DNA of 64,000 bases, taken from contig JAWMAR010000135.1 in the NCBI GenBank assembly GCA_036785375.1, positions 2,046,001 through 2,110,000 on the forward strand, in the 5' to 3' direction. Under the pieces are notes generated by a model that was not told the DNA's origin, did not search any database, and saw only the letters and a list, made by a program, of their open reading frames with translations. The translations under genes were made by a program, and so were the position numbers. Of the stretch, positions 62,119 to 64,000 are shown piece by piece; the stretch's first letter is position 1; the number at the start of each line of letters is the position of its first letter. This DNA is from Leucoraja ocellata (lineage: Eukaryota).

Positions 62119-63200
62119 GTTTAAGAAGGAACTGCAGATGCTGGAGAATCGAAGGTACACAAAAAAGCTGGAGAAACTCAGCGGGTGCAGCAGCATCTAT
62201 GGAGCGAAGGAAATAGGCAACGTTTCGGGCCGAAACCCTTCTTCAGACTGATCGGGGGCGGGGGTGGGCGGGGACAAGAAAGGAAAAAGGAGGAGGAGCC
62301 CGAAGGCTGGGGGATGGGAGGAGACAGCAGGGGGACTGAGGAAGGGGAGGAGACAGCAAGGGCTAACAAAATTGGGAGAATTCGATGTTCATGCCCCCAG
62401 GATGCAGACTCCCCAAACGGAATATGAGGTGCTGTTCCTCCAATTTCCGGTGCTGCTCGCTGTGGCCATGGAGGAGACCCAGGACAGAGAGGTCGGAGAC
62501 GGAGTGGGAGGGGGAGTTGAAGTGCTGAGCCACCGGGAGGTCAGCTTGGTTATTGCGAACCGAGCGGAGGTGTTCAGCGAAACGATCGCCCAACCTCCGC
62601 TTGGTCTCACCGATATAGATCTGCTGACATCTAGAGCAGCGGACGCAATAGATGAGGTTGGAAGAGATGCAGGTAAACCTCTGTCGCACCTGGAACGATT
62701 GCTTGGGTCCTTGAACGGAGTCGAGGGGGGAGGTAAAGGGAGGGGGTGGTACGAGAGGGAAGGGAAGAATTGACAAGGGAGTTATGGAGGGAGCGGTCTT
62801 TGCGGAAGGCAGATATGGGGGGAGATAGGAAGATGTGGCGAGTGGTGGGGTCACGTTGGAGGTGGCGAAACTGACGGAGGATTACTTTTTGTATGTGACG
62901 GCTGGTGGGGTGAAAGGTGAGGACTAGGGGGACTCGGCCCTTGTTGCGAGTGGGGGGATGGGGAGAGAGAGCAGTGTTGCGGGGTATGGAAGAGACCCTG
63001 GTGCGAGCCTCATTTATGGTGGAGGAGGGGAACCCCCGTTCCCTGAATAATGAGGACATTTCAGATGTCCTGGTGTGGAACGCCTCATCCGTGGAGCAGA
63101 TGCGGCGTAGACTGAGGAATTGGGAGTAGGGGATGGAGTCCTTACAGGAAGCAGGGTGGGAAGAAGTGTAGTCCAGATAGCCATGGGAGTCAGTGGGTAT
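62119..63200 (-). mobile_element. 5'-truncated Penelope-like element (RT thumb + GIY-YIG + terminal repeat with intact hammerhead core 62219-62246)
   Basis: PTDSHGYLDYTSSHPASCKDSIPYSQFLSLRRICS; CISSNLIYCVRCSRCQQIYIGETKRRLGDRFAEH...RKLEEQHLIFRLGSLHPGGMN; TSD aattttaatgtgt (62108-62120, 63201-63213). Confidence 0.93.
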
Positions 63201-63489
63201 AATTTTAATGTGTAATGTAATAACCATTGGCCTAAAAGAATCAATAAAGCAAAAACATGTTAAGTTCACTCATTTATGATTGGGCAAGTAAACTTTTGAT
63301 GCAAATGCAATAATTCAAGGGTTAATTAGTTCACCTTGTGCATATCCTTGTGGCTCAAAGTTCTTTAGCTGTGAACCAGTCACAACTAACAGAAGGATTA
63401 AAAAATTCACAATTTCAGGACTTGACATCTTACAAATGAGATTTTTTTTTTAAATTGCATTTTTTTTAAAAAAGCTGACAGCTTTTTCT

Positions 63490-63588
63490 AAAGATGGACA
63501 CAAAATGCTGGAGTAACTCAGCGGGACAGGCAGCATCTCTGGAGGGAAGGAATAGGTGATGTTTCAGGTCGAAACCCTTACTCAGACT
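63490..63588 (-). mobile_element. Solo PLE terminal repeat (hammerhead core degenerate)
   Basis: GGACACAAAATGCTGGAGTAACTCAGCGGGACAGGCAGCATCTCTGGAG...GTTTCAGGTCGAAACCCTTACTCAGAC. Confidence 0.78.
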
Positions 63589-63869
63589 GCTATTTATTGA
63601 CTATAGCTCCATGTTCAACACCGTAATCCCATAATCTTCAAACTCCAGGACCTAGAACTCATCACTCCCTCTGCTTTAGGGGGATTTATTTATTATTTTC
63701 TTGGTTCTTGATTGCTGTATCAATGTATTCCTCTTGCAATTATCTGACAATTTCTTATTTCCTCTCTGGGTTTGTAATGCATTCAAAAGTCTGTACTCTT
63801 CAGAAATTTGGATGATAAATTAATTTATTAATGTCCTGTTGGCGGGCTTGATGGTGCCCAACCCAGGCA

Positions 63870-63986
63870 ACTTTGTGAATGGCTTGATTGTAACCATGTA
63901 TTAACTTTCCACTGACTGGTTAGCACACAACAAAAGCTTTTCACTGTAGATTGGTACACGTGACAATAAACTAAACTGAACTGAAC
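63870..63986 (+). mobile_element. 3' tail of a non-LTR element/SINE
   Basis: CAAAAGCTTTTCACTGT...GTACACGTGACAATAAACTAAACTGAACTGAA tandem tail. Confidence 0.5.
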
Positions 63987-64000
63987 ATGCTGGTAGCATA

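Overview
Vertebrate genomic DNA. The repeat content (HE1-like V-SINEs, CR1/HER1-like LINEs, abundant Penelope-like elements) suggests a cartilaginous fish such as a skate or ray; this is an inference. The window holds the conserved PPP2R3A-MSL2-PCCB block. PPP2R3A contributes its last 12 coding exons (+, 24..34063; 1416 nt, 471 codons plus stop, all GT-AG and phase-consistent). MSL2 is complete with two coding exons (-, 58502..58361 and 52424..50794; 590 aa, RING + CXC). PCCB contributes its first coding exon (+, 59993..60211). MSL2 and PCCB are head-to-head across a compact CpG-island promoter with an inverted pair of ZNF143/SBS motifs. Introns and intergenic DNA carry CR1, RTE, Rex1, HERO and Penelope-like (PLE) retroelement fragments, tRNA-derived SINEs and Harbinger-type MITEs. 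There are two assembly gaps. The most striking non-genic signal is about 25 short copies of the PLE terminal repeat. The best-preserved carry a minimal type I hammerhead ribozyme core (CUGAAGA-stem II-GAAAC-GUH) with variable but base-paired stem II. They occur as ORF-less, TSD-flanked solo, fold-back and circularly permuted insertions, resembling a retrozyme-like non-autonomous family. Other candidates are a multiply pseudoknotted HERO 3' UTR, a structured bipartite RTE mini-element, MSL2 uORFs with an in-frame N-terminal extension, a frameshifting MSL2 cassette exon, and a possible ~8 kb PPP2R3A 3' UTR. No searches or folding programs were run; family names come from recalled motif similarity.
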